Of a DNA stretch of 64,000 bases, positions 1 through 8,691 are shown piece after piece; the stretch's first letter is position 1; each line of letters starts with the position of its first letter. Made by a program: the position numbers and the translations under genes. Origin of the DNA: a virus; the IMG/VR virus record IMGVR_UViG_3300027302_000005, positions 1 to 64,000 of that record; one strand, written 5' to 3'. Under the pieces are notes generated by a model that saw only the letters and a program-made list of their open reading frames with translations, was not told where the DNA came from and made no database searches.

Positions 1-238
1 GCCGGATGCCTCCTGTAAACACCGTTTCTTTCCTTATCTGACACAATAAGAGATGAGGGCAGATGATGTTATCCTGTTCAGGAAGTACTAAGCCACTTCC
101 CAACATTGTTAAAGATTTTTCTTATATGATTTTATATAGACAAATGGAGAATGATCGAAAGAACCGAAAAGAGAGGAGGGCAAGCGTAGAAGGTTTGACA
201 TGCAAAAAGCCCAAGCTTATTAGGCAAGGGCGTTTTCT

Positions 239-257
239 ACAGAATTAGAAAATCTTT
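239..257 (+). repeat. 19-bp direct repeat ACAGAATTAGAAAATCTTT, copy 1
   Basis: Identical 19-mer at 3487-3505; both copies are followed downstream by GAAATATC. Confidence 0.85.
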
Positions 258-283
258 CTGGAAAGGTGGGGCGGGGTGAAATA

Positions 284-454
284 TCAACAACGAATAACAG
301 ATTGACTAAAGAGTTTACCCTTAATCCCTAAATTTCTAGCCTTTCTCACAGCCAACAACAATGCACATTCCCTATTGTTGGCGGCAATTGTCCCGCCAAA
401 CTCAGAAACATTACCGGCTTTTTCAAAACCAAGGGAAAAGTTATAGATTTTCAT
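284..454 (-). CDS. small hypothetical protein (56 aa, MKIYNFSLGFEK...), not in ORF track
   Basis: AGGAG RBS upstream of ATG at 454; frame open to TGA at 284. Confidence 0.6.
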   Translation of the reverse strand: MKIYNFSLGFEKAGNVSEFGGTIAANNRECALLLAVRKARNLGIKGKLFSQSVIRC

Positions 455-647
455 GTCACTTGCTCCTGTTGTTTAGTTTCTTTACTTGTTCATATGCTAC
501 ACTGAAACAAGAAGCCTTACCATAAGTAAGGCGTCTCGCAAACAATTCTAGATGTTTCCCTGTCAATAATCACAGGCTTATTGTGCTTGTCTATTTGCAC
601 GATATACCGATTAACAACAGGGAAACGCTTCATTTGTCAAGCCTCAA

Positions 648-836
648 TCATTCCGACTTTTCAGCATATCGGCCTATATCGTTGCCGTTAATGTCCCGGA
701 TTGTCTGATAAAACCCCGGAACATCGCCGGATTGCTCAATCTTGTTGGCAATCTCCCGCAAGATGCGAACCACTTCTACCTCTTTCGCATCTTCAAAGGC
801 TACGTTTTCAGTGTCAAACCAAAGTTTAAAAACCAT
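648..836 (-). CDS. hypothetical early protein
   Basis: Natural-looking ORF downstream of the promoter at 872-900. Confidence 0.75.
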   Translation of the reverse strand: MVFKLWFDTENVAFEDAKEVEVVRILREIANKIEQSGDVPGFYQTIRDINGNDIGRYAEKSE

Positions 837-871
837 GATGTTTCTCGCTGCGTGCTGTGTTAGTAATTGTT

Positions 872-900
872 AATTTATAGCAATCCTTTGCCCTTGTCAA
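872..900 (-). promoter_or_regulatory. sigma70-type promoter TTGACA-N17-TAAATT containing the TTGCTATAAA motif
   Basis: Read directly on the minus strand. Confidence 0.7.
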
Positions 901-908
901 TCCTTCAA

Positions 909-1457
909 TCAATAATCTTGCAACAAGTCGCGAAGTGTTACACGTTGCATGGGCGTAAAAATTTTCCGCATTTGCTTGCCAATGCCACAACACGCATTGT
1001 AGACGCCAAGGGCTTTAATGCTATCGTCATCATACCCAAAGTCGCTACACCAATCAGAAAAACACTGATCGATTGCCCCCGAATCTGACAGAAGTGAACA
1101 CAAAACGCTTGCAATATGAGGCGTTACAGGGGAGCGCAAAGCCTCTACAGCCGCGAGATAACGTTTGCCGTAGCTTGTTTCCCCTTTCATATCGTTTTCA
1201 GTAAGTCCGACAAACCCAGATTTTGCGGCCTGTTTTTGGCGTTCAGTTGGTTTTGCGCGTAACCCCGTCCCGGTGTAATAACGGAATGTTTCTTCTATCT
1301 TATCCTTACGAATAATAACGCGCCATTCGTCACATTTCCAATTATTGTCGCGAGTAGTTTCGCCAACAAGGGAAACAGTGTAAGAAATGCCGCACTCCTT
1401 CAACAAGTCTTCAATTGCTTGGTTAGCCTGTTCTGTAGTCAGTTGCTCGGTTTGCAT
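909..1457 (-). CDS. hypothetical early protein (likely start MQTEQ at 1457)
   Basis: Long ORF; the promoter at 1494-1523 lies inside the 5' extension given by the track, which favours the later ATG. Confidence 0.75.
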   Translation of the reverse strand: MQTEQLTTEQANQAIEDLLKECGISYTVSLVGETTRDNNWKCDEWRVIIRKDKIEETFRYYTGTGLRAKPTERQKQAAKSGFVGLTENDMKGETSYGKRYLAAVEALRSPVTPHIASVLCSLLSDSGAIDQCFSDWCSDFGYDDDSIKALGVYNACCGIGKQMRKIFTPMQRVTLRDLLQDY

Positions 1458-1493
1458 GGTTGCAGTTCCTGCGTTGTGTTGTTCAATGTGGCA

Positions 1494-1523
1494 ATTATGC
1501 CCGAGTTTATAGCAATGTGTCAA
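1494..1523 (-). promoter_or_regulatory. sigma70-type promoter TTGACA-N18-CATAAT with TTGCTATAAA in the spacer
   Basis: Read directly. Confidence 0.6.
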
Positions 1524-1543
1524 CTGTTTTTCGCTTGTTTTCG

Positions 1544-2155
1544 CTAGAAAATCTCCCCATCTTCCGTGAATTGGTAATCATTGCACAAGATAGCCTCTTC
1601 TATCTGTTCATCACTGTTCAGGAACTCGTATTCAGCCTCAAGGCTTTTATAAATGTCCCTCGCCAAGTCGCGGAATATGTCTGCCACATCCTCCTCTAAT
1701 CCTTCAGGTATATCATACCTCCCCCCCACCCCTTCAATATACACCGACACATTGAAAGACATTGTCATTTCATGCGAATAGCGGCCACTTTGCGAAATGT
1801 CAACACTAACGCCATAGAAATTAGGCTTTTGCATTTGCGTTAAACGCTTGCAAATGTCGTGCAATTCCGTCCATTGTGGAAACTCTTTTTTAAGGGTTTG
1901 CAATGCACCCTTTTTATAAGAATACGTTCCTGTAAAACTTGCACCATCGCCTTGACTCCAAAACCCTGAAAACATAATGCGGCTAATGTCAAGCCCAAAC
2001 AATGCACAGGCTGTGGTGTATTGTTCTTCAACCCCTTCCCACCATTCATAATCAAGGTTGCCGTTCCTGTACCATTCGCGGGCTTTTTCTTTAGCCTGTT
2101 CGCTCAATTCACTGTAGGCGAAAACTTCAGTTTCTGTTGTGACAGTGTGCGGCAT
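1544..2155 (-). CDS. hypothetical early protein (ELSEQAKEKAREWY motif, a type seen in phage and ICE early regions)
   Basis: GGAG RBS before ATG 2155; acidic protein of about 200 aa. Confidence 0.75.
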   Translation of the reverse strand: MPHTVTTETEVFAYSELSEQAKEKAREWYRNGNLDYEWWEGVEEQYTTACALFGLDISRIMFSGFWSQGDGASFTGTYSYKKGALQTLKKEFPQWTELHDICKRLTQMQKPNFYGVSVDISQSGRYSHEMTMSFNVSVYIEGVGGRYDIPEGLEEDVADIFRDLARDIYKSLEAEYEFLNSDEQIEEAILCNDYQFTEDGEIF

Positions 2156-2197
2156 GATATGCTCCAAAGCTTTTAAGCTTGTTTGTGTATGTCTGGC

Positions 2198-2226
2198 ATT
2201 GTAGCAAATGGCTTGTTTGATAGCAA
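2198..2226 (-). promoter_or_regulatory. sigma70-type promoter TTGCTA-N17-TACAAT; -35 overlaps TTGCTATCAA
   Basis: Read directly. Confidence 0.65.
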
Positions 2227-2415
2227 GCCTATTTTCTACTTTTCGCTAACTTGTTGAACTGTAAATGTCCTGTGCGGATAGTCCATCTGCTTTGAAATAA
2301 ACACTTGACATTCTTTCAATGTCATAGGTTGCAAATAGTCCATCAAAATACGCTTGATAATTTCAGGTTGTTTCGATTTAGACCAAAACAACATAACAGG
2401 AAGATATTGCATGAT

Positions 2416-2610
2416 TCATTCCCCAGTGTTTTTAATCGTGTACTTGTCAAGGGCTTCTCGGACAAAATCAGTAAAGCTAATCCCTTGACGCTGAATATCC
2501 GCTATTTTGTGGATACGTTCAATATCCGCACACTTGTTCGTGTGCAAGCGAATGGGAAATTGCTTGTAAACGCTGAAATCAAAGGCTTGCTTTTTGGGGT
2601 TGTCAGTCAT
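2416..2610 (-). CDS. small DNA-binding protein, ribbon-helix-helix-like
   Basis: Beta-strand KQFPIRL followed by helices ...GISFTDFVREALDKY; RBS GAGAGG. Confidence 0.55.
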   Translation of the reverse strand: MTDNPKKQAFDFSVYKQFPIRLHTNKCADIERIHKIADIQRQGISFTDFVREALDKYTIKNTGE

Positions 2611-2678
2611 AGTTGACTTCCTCTCACGTTCTGTTGTATGTTGCCGCCTATGTCGTCACAAGCGGCTTGATGTTTGGA

Positions 2679-2707
2679 ATGATAGCGGGTTTGCTATCAA
2701 GCGTCAA
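2679..2707 (-). promoter_or_regulatory. sigma70-type promoter TTGACG-N17-TATCAT with TTGATAGCAA in the spacer
   Basis: Read directly. Confidence 0.65.
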
Positions 2708-2897
2708 CAGGTTTTGTAGAAAGTTTTAACTCTTTCGCGGCTACGCTTTCAAAATCTTGCAAAGCAAGCCAAAGAATGTGTCCGGCGTCCCTTGCGAAAT
2801 CATTACCGGAATGCAACTTATCACAAACCGCTTTGATCTTTTTAAATGTGTCTGAGTCTATCAGGTAGATAGTGTCATCTTGTCTAGTTGCACACAT
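2697..2897 (-). CDS. hypothetical early protein
   Basis: GAGG RBS; downstream of the promoter at 2936-2964. Confidence 0.65.
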   Translation of the reverse strand: MCATRQDDTIYLIDSDTFKKIKAVCDKLHSGNDFARDAGHILWLALQDFESVAAKELKLSTKPVDA

Positions 2898-2935
2898 GTT
2901 GTTGCCTCACTTGGTTGTGTTGTTTCGATAGAGTC

Positions 2936-2964
2936 AATTTATAGCAATGTTGAATTGATAGCAA
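2936..2964 (-). promoter_or_regulatory. sigma70-type promoter TTGCTA-N17-TAAATT carrying two copies of TTGCTAT(C/A)AA
   Basis: Read directly. Confidence 0.6.
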
Positions 2965-3486
2965 CCACAAGAATGTAACAGATTGTAAAAGACATAGATC
3001 GGAACGCTTCATTATATATGACTAAAAATTGCGGAATGTTGGCGTTATTAGGCAAAAACAGCGTCATTAGGTGTGAACTGTCGCGCCTTGCGCTCCATTT
3101 CTGGCTGACACCGTTCCAGTTACAATCCTCTGGCCAGTTTGAAAAATCCCTTCCAGTTTCTAAAAATCGCTCTAGTCCCCAAATTTTCCCCATTTCTAGC
3201 TAATTTGAAATTCCTCTAGTTTTCCAAAAACCTATCGAGTCCCTTGCTTTTCAGGAAAACACACTAGTTTTTCTAAACCCAAACACACTTCCATCCCTTG
3301 CTACACAAAGATTTCAATTAAATCTAGGTGAAATCAATTACAAACACAACATTCTTACTAGAAATAATTATTGAAGCTGTTGCTGAAAACACAACAATCG
3401 TTGCTGAAAGAGCAACAGATATACAAAACTCAAGAGCTTACGCACAACACAATAATAAAAAATGGCTCCGACAGGAGACATTTCCC

Positions 3487-3505
3487 ACAGAATTAGAAAA
3501 TCTTT
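3487..3505 (+). repeat. 19-bp direct repeat, copy 2, followed by several AAATATC motifs
   Basis: Identical to 239-257. Confidence 0.85.
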
Positions 3506-3920
3506 TACAGCAGGAAATATCTGGTAAAATATCCACCTACTAAAATATCTACAGAAGTAAGTTTTTGTTTGGAGCTTACATCTGGTACGGAAATATCAAC
3601 TAAGGGTTGAATTACACAACACAAAATAAACAACATCCCTATTGTTGAAGTATTCAACAAGACATTGTAGCTCTGGAAGCGAAGCGAACAGAAGCGAGAA
3701 GCTGTTGGAGGATACAACAAAACAGGTTACAACCAAAGTTGAAGCCTACACAACAACAAGACTGAAAGAACGTAGTTCTTAATCTTAGCCTCAGTCAGCT
3801 TCAGTACGAACACAGCAGTCGAAACTGGTTAGAGAAGTTGTGTTTTTGTATTGCTTTAAATCCAACTCCCCTTCCTTATTTATATTATTTGTTTAATTAT
3901 ATATTCAATTATATATTAGG

Positions 3921-4000
3921 GTGACACTATGTCAGTATGGTGGGTGACACTATGTCAGGTACTAGTGACACTATGTCAGCCACTCATGACAAGATGTCAG
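3921..4000. repeat. four iteron/operator-like palindromic repeats GTGACACTATGTCAG (core TGACA-N3-TGTCA)
   Basis: Copies at 3921, 3944, 3965 (perfect) and 3986 (ATGACAAGATGTCAG); spacing 23/21/21 bp; adjacent AT-rich tract at about 3875-3918. Confidence 0.9.
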
Positions 4001-4003
4001 TGG

Positions 4004-4032
4004 TTGACAACGGAATTGTGTGCTTGTATAGT
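4004..4032 (+). promoter_or_regulatory. sigma70 promoter TTGACA-N17-TATAGT
   Basis: Near-consensus, directly downstream of the repeats. Confidence 0.75.
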
Positions 4033-4077
4033 CCCCCAGATGACAGTGCTGTTGCTGTAACCATAGGAGACACATAC

Positions 4078-4284
4078 ATGATTATCAACCTGAAGATTCC
4101 TGCGTACATTGTTGACTCTATCCAGTCACAGACTGGTGGGGACAAGAGTGTTACAAAGTACATCATGGATTTGTTGAAAGAAAACACAAGGGTTCCAAAG
4201 GAGGAACAAAGAAATGAAGATAAAGAACCAATTCGAGCTAACAAAGCTTATTGTTCGTGCAAGCTGCAATCTGACAACATCTGA
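4078..4284 (+). CDS. small DNA-binding protein, RHH-like (start MIINLKIP)
   Basis: GGAGA RBS before ATG 4078; pattern IINLKIP...SVTKYIMDLLKE. Confidence 0.5.
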   Translation: MIINLKIPAYIVDSIQSQTGGDKSVTKYIMDLLKENTRVPKEEQRNEDKEPIRANKAYCSCKLQSDNI

Positions 4285-4582
4285 GTGGAGTGTGCTGATC
4301 GTGATAGCTGACCACGTAAGCCACTTGAATGAGTGGGAAGGGTGGCCTACAATTGAACAGATTGCAAAGTACAGCAGATTGTCTGAGCGAACTGTACATA
4401 GAAGCGTTAAGAGTTTAGTTCAGAAGAAGATGTTGTGTGTGAAATCTGGAAAGAGCGGTGTGGCTTCTCACTACAAAATTCTTGTGGAAGCTCTTGATAA
4501 AGACGCTTCGTATGGGATACAATCAACAAATCAAACACATTACGAACTTGACGAGGACGAATATGAAAACGCACCATTTTAA
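4214..4582 (+). CDS. winged-HTH protein resembling the N-terminal domain of phage replication initiators (HTH_36-like)
   Basis: LTTSEWSVLIVIADH...WPTIEQIAKYSRLSERTVHRSVKSLVQKKML; GAGG RBS. Confidence 0.75.
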   Translation: MKIKNQFELTKLIVRASCNLTTSEWSVLIVIADHVSHLNEWEGWPTIEQIAKYSRLSERTVHRSVKSLVQKKMLCVKSGKSGVASHYKILVEALDKDASYGIQSTNQTHYELDEDEYENAPF

Positions 4583-4593
4583 GGAGACAAACA

Positions 4594-4857
4594 ATGAAAT
4601 TCGATGACTTCCTAGACACCCTATACGAAGCTGGCTGGCGTAATACAAGTGATGCTCAATACACAAACATTCGTGTTGCATGGGAAAAGATGTTCCCTGT
4701 TCATGCTGAATTGAGCAGGGTGAAGGATGAGCTTGGACAGGCTGAAGATGTGCTAATGAAGATTGGGGATATTGCCCACGACGCTTCAACTGGCCCTGCT
4801 GTTGAAGATACATATTGGACAATTCGTAGAATGGCTTATCATTGGGAGAGTGTGTAA
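4594..4857 (+). CDS. hypothetical protein
   Basis: AGGAG RBS; tight operon packing. Confidence 0.7.
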   Translation: MKFDDFLDTLYEAGWRNTSDAQYTNIRVAWEKMFPVHAELSRVKDELGQAEDVLMKIGDIAHDASTGPAVEDTYWTIRRMAYHWESV

Positions 4858-5186
4858 TGAAAAACAACATTGTAGAGTTTAAGCGGTATCCACACAAAGA
4901 CTTCAAGTTCTTTCTGTATGACCCGAACAATCAGCACATGATGTACTTCAAGTCCAAGGAAGATCGTCAGTCTTTTATTAAAGATACAATTGAATGGTAT
5001 CTTGAAGATGAGTGGTCAAAGGAAGTTGAAGAAATCTGTATGGGTGAAGTTACACACATTGTTCAAGCCACCAATGTTCAACAACGGCCTGAGGAGCTTG
5101 ATGAAGAAGGTTGCGATGGAAGTGGCGACTACTGGCCTGATGATATTGAAACTAAGTGCGATTATGAGATGGTGGAACTGGTATGA
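4857..5186 (+). CDS. hypothetical protein
   Basis: Start overlaps the upstream stop (TAATG). Confidence 0.7.
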   Translation: MKNNIVEFKRYPHKDFKFFLYDPNNQHMMYFKSKEDRQSFIKDTIEWYLEDEWSKEVEEICMGEVTHIVQATNVQQRPEELDEEGCDGSGDYWPDDIETKCDYEMVELV

Positions 5187-5935
5187 ACAATCTTGATGTA
5201 ACAACAGAACGCTACACCCTTATGCTTGGTGATTGTCTTGAACGAATGAAAGAGATTCCCGGTGGAAGTGTTGACATGGTGTTGGTAGACCTTCCATATG
5301 GAACTACACAAAACAAATGGGACTCTGTAATTCCGTTCAATGGTCTCTGGAAAGAATATTATCGTGTATGCAAAGAGAATGCAGCAATTGTGATGTTTGC
5401 AGCACAACCTTTTACGTCATTGCTTGTTGCTTCCAACATCAAGGATTTCAAGTATGATTGGGTGTGGCAGAAGCCTAAAGGCACTGGTCATTTGAATGCC
5501 AAGAAACAACCAATGAGGGACAAGGAAGATATTCTTGTGTTTTATCGTAAGCAACCAACTTACAATCCACAGATGACTGAAGGGACTCCGTATAAGGATA
5601 AAGCAGGTAAAGATCACTCGTCAAACTCCAGCATGACAGGAAGTTATGGAAGCTACACCAACTTTCGTAATGATAACAACGGGTTGCGCTACCCTAAGCA
5701 AGTGATTAAGTTTGGTGTTGTAGAGCGCAACACTGTACACCCAACACAAAAACCTGTAGACTTGCTGGAATACCTTATCAAGACATACACAAACGAAGGA
5801 AATACAGTTCTTGACAATACAATGGGTAGTGGAAGTACGGGCGTTGCTTGTGTGAATACTTCTCGGAAGTTCATTGGTATTGAAATGGATAAGGGGTATT
5901 TTGAGATTTCTAAGAAGCGGCTGGAGACAACATGA
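5183..5935 (+). CDS. DNA adenine/N4-cytosine methyltransferase, beta class (orphan)
   Basis: Motif IV DLPY N-terminal, HPTQKP, motif I LDNTMGSGSTG C-terminal; no adjacent restriction enzyme. Confidence 0.92.
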   Translation: MNNLDVTTERYTLMLGDCLERMKEIPGGSVDMVLVDLPYGTTQNKWDSVIPFNGLWKEYYRVCKENAAIVMFAAQPFTSLLVASNIKDFKYDWVWQKPKGTGHLNAKKQPMRDKEDILVFYRKQPTYNPQMTEGTPYKDKAGKDHSSNSSMTGSYGSYTNFRNDNNGLRYPKQVIKFGVVERNTVHPTQKPVDLLEYLIKTYTNEGNTVLDNTMGSGSTGVACVNTSRKFIGIEMDKGYFEISKKRLETT

Positions 5936-6141
5936 ACTACAAACAAGACATCAGCCCTGAAGCTCTAGAGACAATGGAACTCATTGGTTATTTCTCACCA
6001 ACTGTAAACATTGAAAGACGGCAAGTGAAAGGGTATGTTGATGACTGCAAATGCTATCTTGACAGCAAAGAGCTTCGTGAAATGTCGAAGCATTTCATTG
6101 AGGTGGCAGATTGGCTGGATAAGCGGGCAGAATCGAATTAA
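5932..6141 (+). CDS. hypothetical protein
   Basis: ATGA overlap with the methyltransferase stop. Confidence 0.65.
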   Translation: MNYKQDISPEALETMELIGYFSPTVNIERRQVKGYVDDCKCYLDSKELREMSKHFIEVADWLDKRAESN

Positions 6142-6150
6142 AGATTGCTG

Positions 6151-6179
6151 TTGACACCCCTTCCCCATTCCTATATCCT
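6151..6179 (+). promoter_or_regulatory. sigma70 promoter TTGACA-N17-TATCCT
   Basis: Read directly. Confidence 0.65.
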
Positions 6180-6227
6180 CCCAACATCAGCCGCATATTG
6201 CGGCTTCTTACGAGAGAGAAATACATC

Positions 6228-7115
6228 ATGCGTGGATACAAAGTTTTCAATTCTGACTGGACTTGCCGTGGATTCCAGTTTGCTGTAGGTGAAACCTATA
6301 CCCTACCTAAAGGACAAAAACCAATTGCTTGTAAGCGAGGATTTCACTTCTGCGAACGTGCAGTGGATTGTTTCAATTACTATTCTTTTAACCCCTCTAA
6401 TAAGGTGGCAGTTGTTGAGGCTGTAGGGGAGGTTGTTACAGATGGGGATAAATCCTGCACAAACTCCTTGAGGATTGTTGAGGAAGTTAGTTGGGAGAAG
6501 CTGTTGACTATTGTGAATACAGGGGTTGGTAACTCTGGTTACCAAAACTCTGGTAACCAAAACTCTGGTGACTGGAACTCTGGTAACCAAAACTCTGGTG
6601 ACCAAAACTCCGGTAACCGAAACTCTGGTAACCAAAACTCTGGTAACCGAAACTCTGGTAACCGAAACTCTGGTGACCAAAACTCTGGTGACCGAAACTC
6701 TGGTAACCAAAACTCTGGTAACCAAAACTCTGGTATCCGAAACTCTGGTGACTGGAACTCTGGTAACTGGAACTCTGGTAACTGGAACTCTGGTAGCCTA
6801 AACAGCAACACGCCAGATACAATCAGGATATTTAACAGAGAAATCAAACGCTCCGAGTGGGAAAAGGCAAACATTCCTGACTTCTTTTATTTTAATTTGA
6901 CAACTTTTGTTTTTGAATATGCAATGACACAAGAAGAAAAAGAACAAAACAAGAGATGGGAGAATGTTGGTGGATACTTGAAAACCTTAGACTACAAAGA
7001 AGCATGGCAAGAAAGTTACCGGAAAGCCAGTCAGGAAGATAAGGACAAAGTGAAGAAACTACCTAACTTTGATGCAGATGTATTCTTTGAGATTACAGGG
7101 ATTCGTGTAGAATAA
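6228..7115 (+). CDS. phage pentapeptide-repeat protein (NSGxx repeats) with N-terminal GYKVF...CRGFQF...GFHFC domain
   Basis: 18 NSG(N/D)(Q/R/W)-type repeats between a conserved-looking N-terminal domain and a C-terminal LPNFDADVFFEITGI. Confidence 0.85.
   Translation: MRGYKVFNSDWTCRGFQFAVGETYTLPKGQKPIACKRGFHFCERAVDCFNYYSFNPSNKVAVVEAVGEVVTDGDKSCTNSLRIVEEVSWEKLLTIVNTGVGNSGYQNSGNQNSGDWNSGNQNSGDQNSGNRNSGNQNSGNRNSGNRNSGDQNSGDRNSGNQNSGNQNSGIRNSGDWNSGNWNSGNWNSGSLNSNTPDTIRIFNREIKRSEWEKANIPDFFYFNLTTFVFEYAMTQEEKEQNKRWENVGGYLKTLDYKEAWQESYRKASQEDKDKVKKLPNFDADVFFEITGIRVE
6531..6800 (+). repeat. 18 x 15-bp coding tandem repeat AACTCTGGTRACYRR
   Basis: Counted directly. Confidence 0.95.
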
Positions 7116-7132
7116 TTCTCTGTCAAGAATTA

Positions 7133-7161
7133 TTGACAAGCAAGGATGCTTCCTATATCAT
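7133..7161 (+). promoter_or_regulatory. sigma70 promoter TTGACA-N17-TATCAT with AAGCA-AGGA-TGCTT hairpin in the spacer
   Basis: Read directly. Confidence 0.7.
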
Positions 7162-7196
7162 CCTCCTATTCCATCAACAAACAACGGAACATTGAT

Positions 7197-7385
7197 ATGA
7201 GCATCTACCAAGAAAACGGCTACACCTGTCGTAAGGATTATCTTTCTTCTCTTGCAGAAGAATACGGTGTAGATTACCAAACTGTAGCTTGCTTGGCTGC
7301 ATTACTTGGCTGTGAGGAGGATTTTGACGCTTTGGTTAGTGCTGTAGAAGATATTGCTTGTCAGATTGAAGACGGGGAGATGTAA
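7197..7385 (+). CDS. hypothetical protein (MSIYQENGY...)
   Basis: Downstream of promoter; typical small phage ORF. Confidence 0.7.
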   Translation: MSIYQENGYTCRKDYLSSLAEEYGVDYQTVACLAALLGCEEDFDALVSAVEDIACQIEDGEM

Positions 7386-7386
7386 C

Positions 7387-7815
7387 ATGAACAGTAAGAT
7401 TGAAGAAGTTACAATGTATCGCACAGCAGATGGAAAGCTTCATTGCAGCCTACGTTCTGCTGAGATGCACCAAGAAGACGAGGAGCTTGGTGAGAAGGCT
7501 ACATCATTACTGAGAAGTGGAATAAGTTTGTATCAGTCTTTGCTTGCGATTGACCGTTACAAACGTCTTGAAATGTACGACGAAGATGAACTAAATCTTT
7601 TGAAGAATACATATCACACAACAGGTGTGATTGTCAGTCATTTACAATGTTGTGAAAAGCCTGTATATTTCCCAATAGAAATATGTTGCAACCTGTCAGT
7701 CTGGTTGTATGGTAACGAAGGGCATTGGAGTAGTCCACGTGGATATGGAAGCTGGTGTACTCTCGATGATGTTATCCGCTACCTGAAACGTACATTCGAT
7801 AAAGAGGGGATGTAA
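7387..7815 (+). CDS. hypothetical protein
   Basis: GGAG RBS; operon packing. Confidence 0.65.
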   Translation: MNSKIEEVTMYRTADGKLHCSLRSAEMHQEDEELGEKATSLLRSGISLYQSLLAIDRYKRLEMYDEDELNLLKNTYHTTGVIVSHLQCCEKPVYFPIEICCNLSVWLYGNEGHWSSPRGYGSWCTLDDVIRYLKRTFDKEGM

Positions 7816-7816
7816 C

Positions 7817-8032
7817 ATGGGTACTCGCTATAACATCAGCTTGCAAGACATCAAGAAAGCCGGATTGGTTGTACAATACCGGGAAGATACCCAACTATAC
7901 CATGTTGTCGGTGGGATTTGCGGTTGGGATTTCTCTAGTTACGGTGGGAAGGATTTTTCTGGCCCTAACATTGGAAAACCAGAACTGAATTGGTTCTTCA
8001 AAGGGTTAGACATAACCCCGGAGTATTACTGA
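7817..8032 (+). CDS. hypothetical protein
   Basis: Operon packing. Confidence 0.6.
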   Translation: MGTRYNISLQDIKKAGLVVQYREDTQLYHVVGGICGWDFSSYGGKDFSGPNIGKPELNWFFKGLDITPEYY

Positions 8033-8033
8033 C

Positions 8034-8489
8034 ATGGGAACAAATCACTACCTCGTCTATCCTGAACAAGTGGATGTTGAATGTCGTTGCTGTGGCCACG
8101 TAAAGACAGAACACAAGAAGCTTCATCTCGGTAAGAGTAGCTGTGGGTGGGTGTATAGCTTACATATCTATCCCCACGACAAAGACTTCCCTATCTCATC
8201 CCTTGATGACATGCTTAGTAAGATTAGTGATGTGGTTGAAAAGGGTGGGTGGATTGAAAATGAATACGAGGAGAAGCTTACGAAGGATGAATGGCTCAAA
8301 ATCGTAAAAGATTGCTCCCACCCTATCCCAATTGAGGAGCGCGAAAAGATTGCTGGCTCTAAGTGGCAGTATCATGCGCGTTACAAAAACCCACACGGCC
8401 CAAACAACTTGTACAGGCATCACATTGATGGGTTCTGTATTGGGTATGGTGAAGGGACTTGGGACTTATTTGTTGGAGACTTTTCGTGA
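8034..8489 (+). CDS. hypothetical protein (MGTNHY...CRCCG...LHLGKSSCGW)
   Basis: Typical phage protein motif; operon packing. Confidence 0.75.
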   Translation: MGTNHYLVYPEQVDVECRCCGHVKTEHKKLHLGKSSCGWVYSLHIYPHDKDFPISSLDDMLSKISDVVEKGGWIENEYEEKLTKDEWLKIVKDCSHPIPIEEREKIAGSKWQYHARYKNPHGPNNLYRHHIDGFCIGYGEGTWDLFVGDFS

Positions 8490-8691
8490 ACCGTTTACAA
8501 TTCGTCACTATCAAAGATAGTGATAAAATTAAAGTTGTCAGGTATCACCTAGTCTATAAACACACCCAACCTATTGGTTGGATTGAACACGAGAAAGATG
8601 ATTGGAATAGTTGGTATTTTTATTCTGATGAAGGTGTGCTGCTAGATACTTCAGATATGAAAGCTATTATTGCAAAGATTGAGAGTTTGTG

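Noticed and set aside
3921-4000. Possible mini-CRISPR, or the N-terminus of the 3937-4284 ORF
   Set aside because: Spacers are only 6-8 bp. A promoter and RBS downstream support the start at 4078, so the repeats are non-coding.
5183-5935. Restriction-modification system
   Set aside because: No adjacent restriction endonuclease; orphan methyltransferases are common in phages.
6531-6800. Possible CRISPR array
   Set aside because: Contiguous 15-bp coding repeats with no unique spacers, and no cas genes in the window.
6303-6874. Repetitive ORFs in alternative frames (VTRVL, YQSFG, LPEFW)
   Set aside because: Artefacts of a stop-free 15-bp tandem repeat.
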